DNA of 47,899 bases from assembly GCA_902781345.1 (NCBI GenBank), contig CACZIY010000001.1, forward strand, positions 1-47,899. The letters run 5' to 3'. The position numbers and the translations under genes are program-made. How positions within the stretch are numbered: position 1 is the stretch's first letter; each line of letters begins with the position of its first letter. Positions 34,890-44,243 of this stretch are shown piece by piece. Below the pieces are notes generated by a model that saw only the letters and a list, made by a program, of their open reading frames with translations, did no database searches and had not been told where the DNA came from. Origin of the DNA: Oscillospiraceae bacterium. Its GTDB lineage: Bacteria; Bacillota; Clostridia; Oscillospirales; Acutalibacteraceae.

Positions 34890-36488
34890 TTAATTGTTTA
34901 CTTTTTGGTGGCAAGTCAAGCTTGTAGTAGTAAGCCCTGCAAACTCATAGCCATTTGATTTATAGAATTTACAAATTTTATCAAGAGCTTGAACCGTTGT
35001 GCTTTTTGCGAGTGTATCGTGCATTAAAACTACGCAACGGTCAACGCCTTTTGAATTCACTTTAACATTTCTTATAATTCGATTTGGGTCAATGTTATTT
35101 CCAGACGCATCACCAGAATCAACATTCCAATCAAAATATTTATAACCCTGATTCTCAACCATTTTGGTGAGCTTGCTCATAATACCCTTTGAATAATTTG
35201 CGCTGACAGTATTACTTGCACCACCAGGGAAACGAATTATTCTGGCATCAATACCTGTTTTCTTCAAAACCAAATTATGAATTTTATTAAGGTCATTAAA
35301 ATAAGCCGAAGTGCTTGAATAAATCTTCTTGTAATCATGAGTATATGTATGAAGTGCTATTGTATGACCAGCATCGGTAATATCCTTCATATACTCAATT
35401 TTATCATTACCTGTAACAAAGAAAGTCGCTTTTGCGTTATACTTTTTCAGTATTTTCAATATTTTTTTGGTGTTGTTTGACGGACCGTCATCAAAAGTTA
35501 AATAAGCAATTTTTGATAATCTGCCATAAATTAACGCTTTACCGACAAATGATTTTGAGCTTTCCTTTTTATCCTTGAAAATCGACGTTACAGTGTAATG
35601 ATACTGACTTTGTTTTTGAACATCGGTATCAACAAAAGAAAGCTTATTTGTTTCACTGATTTTTTTAAACTCACCGTTTGAATCTTTTTTATAAATAATA
35701 TATTTTTGAGCGTTATTAACAGCTTCCCATTTAATCTGAACACCGTTCTTTTCACTTGTAAGTTCAATATCAGGTGATTTTAGGTAATTAACCTCTGTCG
35801 GCGAAACACCTTTTTCGCCCTCGTTTTCACCAGCAGTTCCTGCAATGTAATAGGTGTATTTACCGCTGTCAACCTGCGTATCTAAATAGTTGTTGCCGTC
35901 AACTGTATTTATTAAACTAAATTCACCGCCGTTGCTGCGATAAATATTATAATATTTTACTCCCTTAATCTCAATCCAACTAAGCGCAATTCCCTCGCCG
36001 TCAGGTTTTGCAGAGTTTAGTTTAAGCTGCGGTATTGTTTTGTAAGGTACTTCTTTTATTTCCTCGTGTCCGCATTTGCAAGTGTATTTGGATTTACCCT
36101 TTTGTGAATAAGTCGGAGCAATTAAAACTGTTGTTTTAAAATGATGCAGACAACTAAACAAAAAGCCCTCTTGCTTTGCATATTTATAAGCGACACTGCC
36201 ATAATAACCTTTTATCAAAAAGTCCTCAATAGCACGCTTTTTACCGTTTTTATCAGTCTTGTAGCCGATTGATTTTTCTGTTATACTACTAACTTTTTTG
36301 CCTTTAATAGTTTCGGGAATGGTAACTTTGGTATCATTTCCTGAGTAATTGAAAATCTTTACCGTTTCATCAGGCAATTCATAATATTCAAGTTTGTCAC
36401 TCTTTGCCGAAGTAATGTAGTTTGGTGAAACAGCAAAAGAGCCTAAAAACAACAAGGTAGCAACTAATACAATAATTGCCTGTTTCAT
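34890..36488 (-). CDS. Secreted polysaccharide deacetylase (CE4/NodB) with Fn3-like domains
   Basis: Start at ATG 36488 (GGAGG 6 nt upstream). Signal peptide. Two Fn3-like repeats. NodB motifs TFDDGP and HTYTH. Confidence 0.8.
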   Translation of the reverse strand: MKQAIIVLVATLLFLGSFAVSPNYITSAKSDKLEYYELPDETVKIFNYSGNDTKVTIPETIKGKKVSSITEKSIGYKTDKNGKKRAIEDFLIKGYYGSVAYKYAKQEGFLFSCLHHFKTTVLIAPTYSQKGKSKYTCKCGHEEIKEVPYKTIPQLKLNSAKPDGEGIALSWIEIKGVKYYNIYRSNGGEFSLINTVDGNNYLDTQVDSGKYTYYIAGTAGENEGEKGVSPTEVNYLKSPDIELTSEKNGVQIKWEAVNNAQKYIIYKKDSNGEFKKISETNKLSFVDTDVQKQSQYHYTVTSIFKDKKESSKSFVGKALIYGRLSKIAYLTFDDGPSNNTKKILKILKKYNAKATFFVTGNDKIEYMKDITDAGHTIALHTYTHDYKKIYSSTSAYFNDLNKIHNLVLKKTGIDARIIRFPGGASNTVSANYSKGIMSKLTKMVENQGYKYFDWNVDSGDASGNNIDPNRIIRNVKVNSKGVDRCVVLMHDTLAKSTTVQALDKICKFYKSNGYEFAGLTTTSLTCHQKVNN

Positions 36489-36517
36489 AAACATCCTCCT
36501 ATTAGTATAGTAATCAC

Positions 36518-36546
36518 ATTTTAACACAAAATATTGTAACTTTCAA
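36518..36546 (-). promoter_or_regulatory. Candidate promoter of the CE4-nrdR unit
   Basis: TTGAAA (36546-36541), 17-nt spacer, TAAAAT (36523-36518). Confidence 0.5.
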
Positions 36547-36560
36547 CCCCGAAAAGCTAA

Positions 36561-37043
36561 TTATTTATGATATTTTGTATGGTTAATTATTCCGAAAGCT
36601 CTATAAATTTGTTCGCACAACATAACCCTCGCTAATTGGTGCGGAAATGTCATTTTTGACATTGATAATTTTAAGTCGGAATTTTGTTTTAATTTTTCAA
36701 AAAGTCCGAAAGAACTGCCGATTAAAAATACAATTTTGCTCTTTCCGTTTACTGCAAAATCTGATATTTTTTCAGAAAGTTCTTCGCTTGAAAATTGTTT
36801 ACCCTCAATCGCCATTGAAATTACCGCTGACCCTTTTGGAATTTTTTCACTTATTTTTTCAGCCTCTTTTTCCAAAGCGAGTTGAATTTGCGAAGATGAC
36901 GGGTTTTCAGGCAGTCTTTGCTCTGCAATTTCAACTATTTCAAAATCGCAAAAGCTTTTTAAGCGTTTTTTATATTCATCAACCGCCGAAACTAAATATT
37001 TTTCTTTTAAACTGCCTACACAAATAATTTTTATTGTTTGCAT
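36561..37043 (-). CDS. rlmH: 23S rRNA (pseudouridine1915-N3)-methyltransferase RlmH
   Basis: Start at the internal ATG 37043 (MQTIKIICVG). SPOUT fold, 160 aa. C-terminal GSSFG...MTFPHQLARVML. Confidence 0.9.
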   Translation of the reverse strand: MQTIKIICVGSLKEKYLVSAVDEYKKRLKSFCDFEIVEIAEQRLPENPSSSQIQLALEKEAEKISEKIPKGSAVISMAIEGKQFSSEELSEKISDFAVNGKSKIVFLIGSSFGLFEKLKQNSDLKLSMSKMTFPHQLARVMLCEQIYRAFGIINHTKYHK

Positions 37044-37056
37044 TTTGTTTTTCCTT

Positions 37057-37842
37057 TTACAAAATAATAATATCGTTATCTTCTGGTGCAGCAACCGACA
37101 GCAAATAGTCCTCACCATTTTTCATTCCGCCCATTTTAAGCAAACTTTCAGTAGTTTCGCTTGCCAAAAACGGTAAGTTATTTTCTTGACTTAAATGTGC
37201 CAAAACAATGCGTTTTGTGCCTGATTCAATAAGCTTTACCGCTTGTGAAGCGCAAGCAGTATTTGATAAATGCCCTTTTTCAGACAGTATTCTGCGTTTT
37301 AACATAAAAGAGTATTTAGAGTTGTTTTGAAGCATTTTTATATCGTGATTGCTTTCTAAAACAACCGCACTGCTACCCGAAATTGCGTTATCAACCTCGT
37401 CGGTTATAACGCCAAGGTCGGTGCAAACAGCAATTTTTTGATTGCCTAAATCAAATGTGTAACCGCAGCTTTCGTATGTATCGTGAGAGGTTGCAAAATG
37501 CTTTACGCCGATATTTTTAATATCGGTTTCTTCTTCCAAAACATTTGCATCAACCTTTTCGCTTAAAAAGCCTTTTTCTTCCATACCTTTGAAAGTGCCT
37601 GCAGTCGCAAAAACAGGAATTTTATTTTTTGTAGAAAAAACTCTTACACCGCTTGCATGGTCGATATGCTCATGAGTTACAAAAATTGCTTTGATTTTTG
37701 AAACGTCAATATCTCGTTGCAAAAGTGCTTGCGTTATTCTTTTTGCGGAAACACCTGCATCAACCAACACCGCTGTGTCGTTGTTTTCAATATAAACGCA
37801 GTTTCCGCTGCTTCCTGAGAATAAATTGCATATTTTTGACAT
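37057..37842 (-). CDS. MBL-fold metallo-hydrolase (YycJ/WalJ-like)
   Basis: THEHIDH metal-binding motif. 261 aa. Upstream of rlmH, as in many Firmicutes. Confidence 0.8.
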   Translation of the reverse strand: MSKICNLFSGSSGNCVYIENNDTAVLVDAGVSAKRITQALLQRDIDVSKIKAIFVTHEHIDHASGVRVFSTKNKIPVFATAGTFKGMEEKGFLSEKVDANVLEEETDIKNIGVKHFATSHDTYESCGYTFDLGNQKIAVCTDLGVITDEVDNAISGSSAVVLESNHDIKMLQNNSKYSFMLKRRILSEKGHLSNTACASQAVKLIESGTKRIVLAHLSQENNLPFLASETTESLLKMGGMKNGEDYLLSVAAPEDNDIIIL

Positions 37843-37856
37843 AACTTCTCCTAAAA

Positions 37857-38291
37857 TTATAAATTTAATAAAACTGTAAAAAGAATAGTTTTAAATAGTA
37901 AATTCACAAGCCAAGGTAATAATGAAAAACCTCTTGAAACAACTCTATAAAATTTTTTCTCATTATCTATTCTTTCATAATCTTCTTTACTAATCGATTG
38001 TTTTCGCTTTTTGCTAATAATAAAATACTCTGTAAATAATACAATAATCATATAAACAGATAAAATAGCTACTATTATTAAATCATATTTACTTGTTGTT
38101 TTAACTTCTGAAACAAAGATATTTAGTATTAATAAAATAATAATATCCACAATAACCGGTGCATAATAGCCACAAAAATACATATTCAAATTTTGCTCTG
38201 CCGCTTTATTGTCATTAGGCAGTTTGATTAAAAATACTAGTGAAAGAATTGCAAAAACAATTGAAGTAATAAACAAAATAATAAAAATCAT
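37857..38291 (-). CDS. Small membrane protein, unknown function
   Basis: Four hydrophobic helices. 11-nt and 15-nt spacing to its neighbours suggests co-transcription. Confidence 0.5.
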   Translation of the reverse strand: MIFIILFITSIVFAILSLVFLIKLPNDNKAAEQNLNMYFCGYYAPVIVDIIILLILNIFVSEVKTTSKYDLIIVAILSVYMIIVLFTEYFIISKKRKQSISKEDYERIDNEKKFYRVVSRGFSLLPWLVNLLFKTILFTVLLNL

Positions 38292-38301
38292 AGATTAGCC
38301 C

Positions 38302-39327
38302 TTATACAAAATAGAATTGTGTGTCCCAAGCAGGAATGTATTTATAGTGTCGCATATAGATTTTATAATCATCACGAATTGAGTTAATTAGCAATGGTAA
38401 TTCAAAATAATCTTCGGTGCGGTGATATGCCGAAACTAACATTTTAGGCTTGTAATTCTCGATTGTTCGCTTTGTGCCTAAAATTGCCTTTTCTTCCATT
38501 CCCTCAACATCATATTTTATAAAAGTTGCCTTTTCTCCGTTTAAAACATCATCAAGAGAAAGTGCGCTGATTTTTTCGCCTTTATCACTTGCAACAGAGT
38601 GTCTGCCGCCGTTGGTCAAAAAGCCGATTTCGCCCGAAAAATCATTTGCAGCCGAATTAAAAAGAAAAACATTTTCTTTATTTTCGTATTTTGCCTTTAA
38701 TTTTTTAAAATTCTTTTTATCGGGTTCTAAAGCAAAAATCTTTTTGTAACCGCCGCAAAAACTTAAAAATTCATCAATAGTATCGCCGTTATAAGCACCT
38801 AAATCACAATAAATTTCATCTGTTTTTAGCTTTAAAATATTCTCATACGCTTCTTTTTGGTCGGTTTCGCAATCAAAAAGATAATCTATTTTTCCACTTA
38901 AACGGTAATTTACACAGTTTTCAAAAACTTTTTTTGACTGCTCATCAGCGAGCATATTATAAACTTTTTCTAAACTTTCTTTATGCTCAACAACATATTC
39001 CTTTGTAAAAAGTCCGCCACCGTAAACAGGTACATCAGGTGCTAAAACCTCAGTTTCAGCAGCGATTTTTTTAATGTTTTCTAAAACTTCATCACGAAAA
39101 GTGCCAAAAGCGATAAGCACTGTCATTTGAGGGTATTCTGCTTTTAATTCGTCATAGTGTTTTACAGTAAAACCTCGAAAATTTTGACCTCTTACAAAAT
39201 CATCGCTCGCAAAAACGCCGACAGGCTTTAAGCCGTAATCGGATAGTGTATCTATTATTTTGTCAGCACCGTTTCCCATGCCATAAATTGCAATAGGTTT
39301 CTTAGCATTTTTTAAATAATTCCACAT
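38302..39327 (-). CDS. FkbM-family methyltransferase
   Basis: Start at ATG 39327 (AGGTG 6 nt upstream). N-terminal Rossmann-like IAIYGMGNG. C-terminal FkbM-type SAM methyltransferase domain (DLGAYNGDT...FALEPD). Confidence 0.7.
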   Translation of the reverse strand: MWNYLKNAKKPIAIYGMGNGADKIIDTLSDYGLKPVGVFASDDFVRGQNFRGFTVKHYDELKAEYPQMTVLIAFGTFRDEVLENIKKIAAETEVLAPDVPVYGGGLFTKEYVVEHKESLEKVYNMLADEQSKKVFENCVNYRLSGKIDYLFDCETDQKEAYENILKLKTDEIYCDLGAYNGDTIDEFLSFCGGYKKIFALEPDKKNFKKLKAKYENKENVFLFNSAANDFSGEIGFLTNGGRHSVASDKGEKISALSLDDVLNGEKATFIKYDVEGMEEKAILGTKRTIENYKPKMLVSAYHRTEDYFELPLLINSIRDDYKIYMRHYKYIPAWDTQFYFV

Positions 39328-39452
39328 AATAAACACCTATCTATATATTATACACTACCCTTTTGTTTTTTTCAATATGTTGTGGTAAGAAAATAATTAT
39401 AATTAATTGAACTTATAATTGTGTTTTTTATTCGGTTTTTAGCAAAAAATCC

Positions 39453-39481
39453 TTGACATTCGGGCTAAAATATAATATATT
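39453..39481 (+). promoter_or_regulatory. Candidate promoter of the pot operon
   Basis: TTGACA (39453-39458), 17-nt spacer, TATATT (39476-39481). Confidence 0.4.
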
Positions 39482-39709
39482 TAATATTACACATATAAAT
39501 AAAATAAGTAAAAGTTTTGCATCTGTGCCAAAAATCGTGTTTTGCAGTACGGAACGGTACCAAAAGTATTAACTTTGGAGATAAACGACTACGCTTTTTT
39601 AAAAAGCGTAAAAAACTCTTTGCGGAGGTTGTTTATCAAGCAGAATGCGGCCAGCACAGAGCTAATTATTACAGCTTGTGCGGTTCTACCGCAAAGGGGG
39701 ATGCAAATT

Positions 39710-40846
39710 ATGTCAAACAAAAAGAATATTTTAGAACTCAAAAACATTACCGTATCTTTTGATGGTGAAAAAATTCTTGATGATATTTCTCTTTCAATAT
39801 CCGATAAAGAATTTGTTACCTTGCTCGGTCCTTCGGGTTGCGGAAAAACCACAACTCTTCGCATTATTGCAGGATTTTTAGAGCCTGATAGCGGCGATGT
39901 TTTTTTTGATGGCGAGATTATTAATTCTTTGCCAGCAAACAAACGCAATGTAAACACTATTTTTCAGCGTTATGCGCTTTTTCCGCATCTTAATGTTTAT
40001 GATAACATCGCTTTTGGCTTAAAGGTTAAAAAAGTGCCGAAAGATGAAATTAAAAAGCGTGTTAAAGAAATGCTTAAATTAGTTAATCTTGAAGGTTTTG
40101 AAAAGCGTAGTATTGCAAAGCTTTCAGGTGGACAGCAACAGCGTGTTGCAATTGCAAGAGCGGTTATTAATAAGCCGAAGATTTTGCTTTTAGATGAGCC
40201 GCTTGCAGCACTTGATTTAAAGCTTCGCAAAGATATGCAGACTGAGCTTAAAAATATTCAGAAGCAACTCGGAATTACCTTTATTTTTGTAACCCACGAC
40301 CAAGAGGAAGCGCTTTCAATGAGCGATAAGGTTGTTGTTATGAACGAGGGTAAAATTCAACATATCGGCACACCGCAGGATATTTACAACGAGCCTGTTA
40401 ATGCTTTTGTTGCTGATTTTATCGGCGAATCAAACATTATTGACGGTGTTATGCTTGACGACTTCAAGGTAAAAATTGAGGGCGTTACTTTGCAATGTCT
40501 TGATAAAGGCTTTAAAACAAACGAGGCGGTTGATGTTGTTATTCGCCCTGAAGATGTAGATATTGTTCACCCTGAAAAAGGTCTTATTACAGGTGAGGTT
40601 ACTTCGGTAACATTTTTAGGCGTACATTTTGAAATAATTGTTGATGTAAACGGCTTTAAATGGATGATTCAAACTACTGATGAGTCAAAGGTTGGCGACA
40701 AAGTCGGTCTTTTAATCGAGCCTGACGCTATTCACATTATGAAAAAATCAAAATATTCAGGTCTTTACGGCGATTACAGTTCATTTAGTGATGAAATGGA
40801 CGAAATCAGCAATCCTGATGTTGAAATAGTCAGCGAGGAGGATTAG
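39710..40846 (+). CDS. potA: Spermidine/putrescine ABC transporter ATP-binding protein
   Basis: Start at ATG 39710 (MSNKKNIL), 9 nt after AAAGGGGG. Walker [25 protein letters not shown]-terminal TOBE-like domain. Confidence 0.9.
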   Translation: MSNKKNILELKNITVSFDGEKILDDISLSISDKEFVTLLGPSGCGKTTTLRIIAGFLEPDSGDVFFDGEIINSLPANKRNVNTIFQRYALFPHLNVYDNIAFGLKVKKVPKDEIKKRVKEMLKLVNLEGFEKRSIAKLSGGQQQRVAIARAVINKPKILLLDEPLAALDLKLRKDMQTELKNIQKQLGITFIFVTHDQEEALSMSDKVVVMNEGKIQHIGTPQDIYNEPVNAFVADFIGESNIIDGVMLDDFKVKIEGVTLQCLDKGFKTNEAVDVVIRPEDVDIVHPEKGLITGEVTSVTFLGVHFEIIVDVNGFKWMIQTTDESKVGDKVGLLIEPDAIHIMKKSKYSGLYGDYSSFSDEMDEISNPDVEIVSEED

Positions 40847-40849
40847 AAG

Positions 40850-41671
40850 TTGAAAAAATCTTTCCTCTCAAAGCTTATTAATGCGCCTTATATTTTGTGG
40901 TCGGCAATTTTTATTGTTGTTCCGTTAATTATAGTTGCATATTTTACTTTTACAAATAAAAACGGTAGTTTTTCACTTGAAAATATTTATGAAATCCCTG
41001 ATTATACAGGAATATTTTTGCGTTCAATAATTTATGCACTTGTTGCAACAGCGATTACACTTGTTGTTTCCTACCCTTTTGCTTACTTTATGTCAAGAAC
41101 AAAGGTAAGAACACAAAGCATGATGATTATGCTTGTAATGCTTCCTATGTGGATGAACTTGCTTATTAGAACTTATTCCTGGACAACAATACTTGAAAAA
41201 ACAGGGCTTATAAATTCATTTTTCGGTCTTTTCGGTTTAGGACCTTATAATTTAATCGGCACATCGGGTGCGGTTATTGTCGGTATGGTTTATAACTATT
41301 TGCCTTATATGATTTTGCCGATTTACACATCTATGTCAAAAATAGATAAATCATATATCGAAGCGGCAAAGGATTTAGGCTCTTCCAGTTTTGACAGCCT
41401 TAAAAGAGTTATTTTACCGCTGACCTTACCTGGCATAATTTCGGGTATTACTATGGTATTTGTACCATCTGTTTCAACCTTTTACATTGCCGATAAATTG
41501 GGCAGCACAAAAACGCTTATGATTGGCGATGTTATTCAAAAGAAATTTGATATTGATGTTTATTCGGGCATAGGCGCATCACTTTCATTAGTGCTTATGG
41601 TAATAATTCTCATTTGCATTGTGTTTATGAACCGATTTTCAGATAGCGAAGACGGGGGTATTATTGTATGA
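40850..41671 (+). CDS. potB: Spermidine/putrescine ABC transporter permease
   Basis: TTG start with a GAGGAGGA RBS. Six TM helices. EAA loop IEAAKDLGSSSFDSLKRVILP. Confidence 0.9.
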   Translation: MKKSFLSKLINAPYILWSAIFIVVPLIIVAYFTFTNKNGSFSLENIYEIPDYTGIFLRSIIYALVATAITLVVSYPFAYFMSRTKVRTQSMMIMLVMLPMWMNLLIRTYSWTTILEKTGLINSFFGLFGLGPYNLIGTSGAVIVGMVYNYLPYMILPIYTSMSKIDKSYIEAAKDLGSSSFDSLKRVILPLTLPGIISGITMVFVPSVSTFYIADKLGSTKTLMIGDVIQKKFDIDVYSGIGASLSLVLMVIILICIVFMNRFSDSEDGGIIV

Positions 41672-43590
41672 AAACTCTCGGAAAGATTATTAACGCTTTA
41701 ATTTTCATATTCTTATATGCACCAATTGCGGTAATGATTGTATTTTCGTTCAATTCTTCCCGTTCAACCTATGTTTTTGAAAAATTTTCTTTAAAATGGT
41801 ACGGCGAATTCTTAAACTCGACAATAACAATTACCGCAGTTAAAAACACGCTTTTATTAGCGGTTGTTTCAGCATTGATTGCAACTGTTTTCGGAACAAT
41901 CGCTTCAATAGGCATTTACAATTTAAAATCCAAAACCGCCAAAGGTGCGATTATGGGTGTTACAAACATTCCTATGATGAACCCTGATGTTGTAACAGGT
42001 GTTTCTTTAATGCTTTTGTTCGTTTTCATAGGCAGATTTTTAGGACTCGCTTCATCATTAAGTGTTTACACCATTTTGATTGCGCATATTACATTTAACT
42101 TGCCTTATGTAATCTTAAATGTTTTACCAAAATTGCGACAAGTCGGCAACACCTATACCGAAGCGGCAAGAGATTTAGGTTGCACCTATTCAAAAGCGTT
42201 TTTAAAAGTAATATTCCCTAATATTTATTCGGGTATTTTGTCAGGTTTTTTGATGGCATTTACTTTATCGCTTGATGATTTTGTTATCAGCTATTTTACC
42301 AACGGAACAGGTTTTCAAACATTACCGTTGCTTATTTATTCAAAAACCAAAAAATCGGTTAAGCCTGATATTTATGCACTTTCAACCGTTATTTTTGTTG
42401 CAGTATTATTATTGTTGATTTTAGTAAACAGCATAAAAGCAAAATCAGAAAAGCAACAAAAAACAAAAAGAAGCTCAAAAGCTAAAAACATTGTTTTAAC
42501 TGTTGTCAGTGCTACAGTTTGTATTGCAATTATTGCGTACTCTGCTATTCCTTCTGAAAACTACAATGAATTCAGCAAAAAGCTTAAATGTAAATATACA
42601 ACCTCGCTTGCAGGTTCTACTTTAAATGTGTTTAACTGGGGCGAATATATTTCTGATGGTATTGATGATACTTTAAATGTAATTGAAGCTTTTGAAGATA
42701 CTACAGGAATTCAGGTTAATTACGATAATTTTGATTCAAATGAAACTATGTATTCAAAATTAAAAAGCGGTGCGGTTGCTTATGATGTAATAATTCCATC
42801 GGATTATATGATTGAGCGACTTAAAAACGAAAAAATGTTAAGAAAGCTTGATTATTCAAAAATTCCTAACTATAAATTTATTGATAAAAAGTATAAAAAC
42901 TTGTATTTTGATGAAAAAAATGAGTATTCTGTTCCTTACAGTGTCGGCAAAACAGGTCTTATCTACAACAGCAAAATGGTAAAAGGCAAGGTCGATTCCT
43001 GGAGCGTTATGTGGGATGAAAAGTATAAAGGTCAAGTTTTAACCTTTAATAACTCTCGTGATGCATTTTCAATTGCACAGTTTATGTTAGGTCAAGATGT
43101 AAACAGCACCAAAAAGTCCGATTGGAAAGCGGCTGCCCAGCTTTTGAAAAAGCAAAACAAAGTGTTGCAAGCAAGAGTTATGGACGAAGTTTTCACCAAA
43201 ATGCCTGGCAACAACGCAGCAATTGCACCTTATTATGCAGGCGACTTTTTGACTATGTATGACTCTAATGAGAATTTGCGTTTTGTTTACCCAAAAGAGG
43301 GCGTAAATGTGTTTGTTGACTCACTTTGCGTACCGTCAAATGCAAAGAATTACGAAGCCGCTATGATGTTTATTAACTTTATGTTAGAGCCTGAAGTGGC
43401 ACTTGCAAATGCTGAATATATTTGCTATGCTTCGCCAAACACAGCGGTTGTTAATAATGATAATTACAGCTTAAAGGGCAATGAAATTTTGTATCCTAAA
43501 AAGAAGGTTAAAGAGCAATACTATCACAATATTGACTCAAAAACCAGAAATTATTATGAAAAGCTTTGGGAAGAGGTGCTTTTGAGCTAA
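41668..43590 (+). CDS. potCD: Fused PotC permease / PotD substrate-binding protein
   Basis: 640 aa. N-terminal six-TM permease (EAARDLGCTYSKAFLKVIFP). Lys-rich linker. A seventh TM helix. Then a PotD/PotF-type binding domain of about 340 aa. Confidence 0.85.
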   Translation: MKTLGKIINALIFIFLYAPIAVMIVFSFNSSRSTYVFEKFSLKWYGEFLNSTITITAVKNTLLLAVVSALIATVFGTIASIGIYNLKSKTAKGAIMGVTNIPMMNPDVVTGVSLMLLFVFIGRFLGLASSLSVYTILIAHITFNLPYVILNVLPKLRQVGNTYTEAARDLGCTYSKAFLKVIFPNIYSGILSGFLMAFTLSLDDFVISYFTNGTGFQTLPLLIYSKTKKSVKPDIYALSTVIFVAVLLLLILVNSIKAKSEKQQKTKRSSKAKNIVLTVVSATVCIAIIAYSAIPSENYNEFSKKLKCKYTTSLAGSTLNVFNWGEYISDGIDDTLNVIEAFEDTTGIQVNYDNFDSNETMYSKLKSGAVAYDVIIPSDYMIERLKNEKMLRKLDYSKIPNYKFIDKKYKNLYFDEKNEYSVPYSVGKTGLIYNSKMVKGKVDSWSVMWDEKYKGQVLTFNNSRDAFSIAQFMLGQDVNSTKKSDWKAAAQLLKKQNKVLQARVMDEVFTKMPGNNAAIAPYYAGDFLTMYDSNENLRFVYPKEGVNVFVDSLCVPSNAKNYEAAMMFINFMLEPEVALANAEYICYASPNTAVVNNDNYSLKGNEILYPKKKVKEQYYHNIDSKTRNYYEKLWEEVLLS

Positions 43591-44234
43591 TGAAAAAAGC
43601 AGTAATCTTCGACCTTGACGGAACTCTTTTAAACACAATTGACGATTTAGGCGATAGCGTAAACTATGTGCTGAAAAAGCACAACTACCCTACTTTTTCA
43701 ATTGAAGAGTATAAATATAAGGTCGGCAATGGTATGCGAAAACTAATTGAGCGTTCATTGCCAGAAAACAAACTAAATGATGAAACAATCGAACAGGTTT
43801 TAGCAGAGTTTATGGCCTATTACAGTGAGCATAAAATGGATAAAACTGCTCCTTATGACAACATTGAACAGCTACTTAAAACGCTTAAACAAAAAGGTGT
43901 TAAAACAGCGGTTGTTACCAACAAGGCGCACATTAGTGCAAAACCGCTGATGGACGAAGTTTTTCCAGACCTTTTTGATGCGGTAATAGGTCAAAAAGAG
44001 GGCGTTCCGACAAAACCAGACCCAACTTCTGTTTTTGCAGTTATGAAAGAATTAGGTGTCAGCGCTGACGAATGTTTATATCTTGGCGATTCAGGCGTTG
44101 ATATGCAAACCGCTAAAAATGCAGGAATTTTTGGTATCGGCGTTTTATGGGGCTTTCGTAAGGCGGACGAACTAATAGAAAACGGAGCTAAAAAACTAAT
44201 AGGAAAACCACAAGAATTGTTAGAATTATTATAG
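43590..44234 (+). CDS. HAD-superfamily phosphatase (phosphoglycolate phosphatase-like)
   Basis: Start at ATG 43590, overlapping the potCD stop as TAATG. Motif I FDLDGTL, motif II VTNK, motif IV GDSGVD. Confidence 0.8.
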   Translation: MKKAVIFDLDGTLLNTIDDLGDSVNYVLKKHNYPTFSIEEYKYKVGNGMRKLIERSLPENKLNDETIEQVLAEFMAYYSEHKMDKTAPYDNIEQLLKTLKQKGVKTAVVTNKAHISAKPLMDEVFPDLFDAVIGQKEGVPTKPDPTSVFAVMKELGVSADECLYLGDSGVDMQTAKNAGIFGIGVLWGFRKADELIENGAKKLIGKPQELLELL

Positions 44235-44243
44235 GAGAAAATT

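Noticed and set aside
39517-39709. N-terminal extension of potA (track ORF from 39542) and an 81-aa ORF at 39517-39762
   Set aside because: The extension has no RBS and bears no resemblance to ABC ATPases. AAAGGGGG followed by ATG at 39710 gives a normal PotA N-terminus. The region is better read as an untranslated leader.
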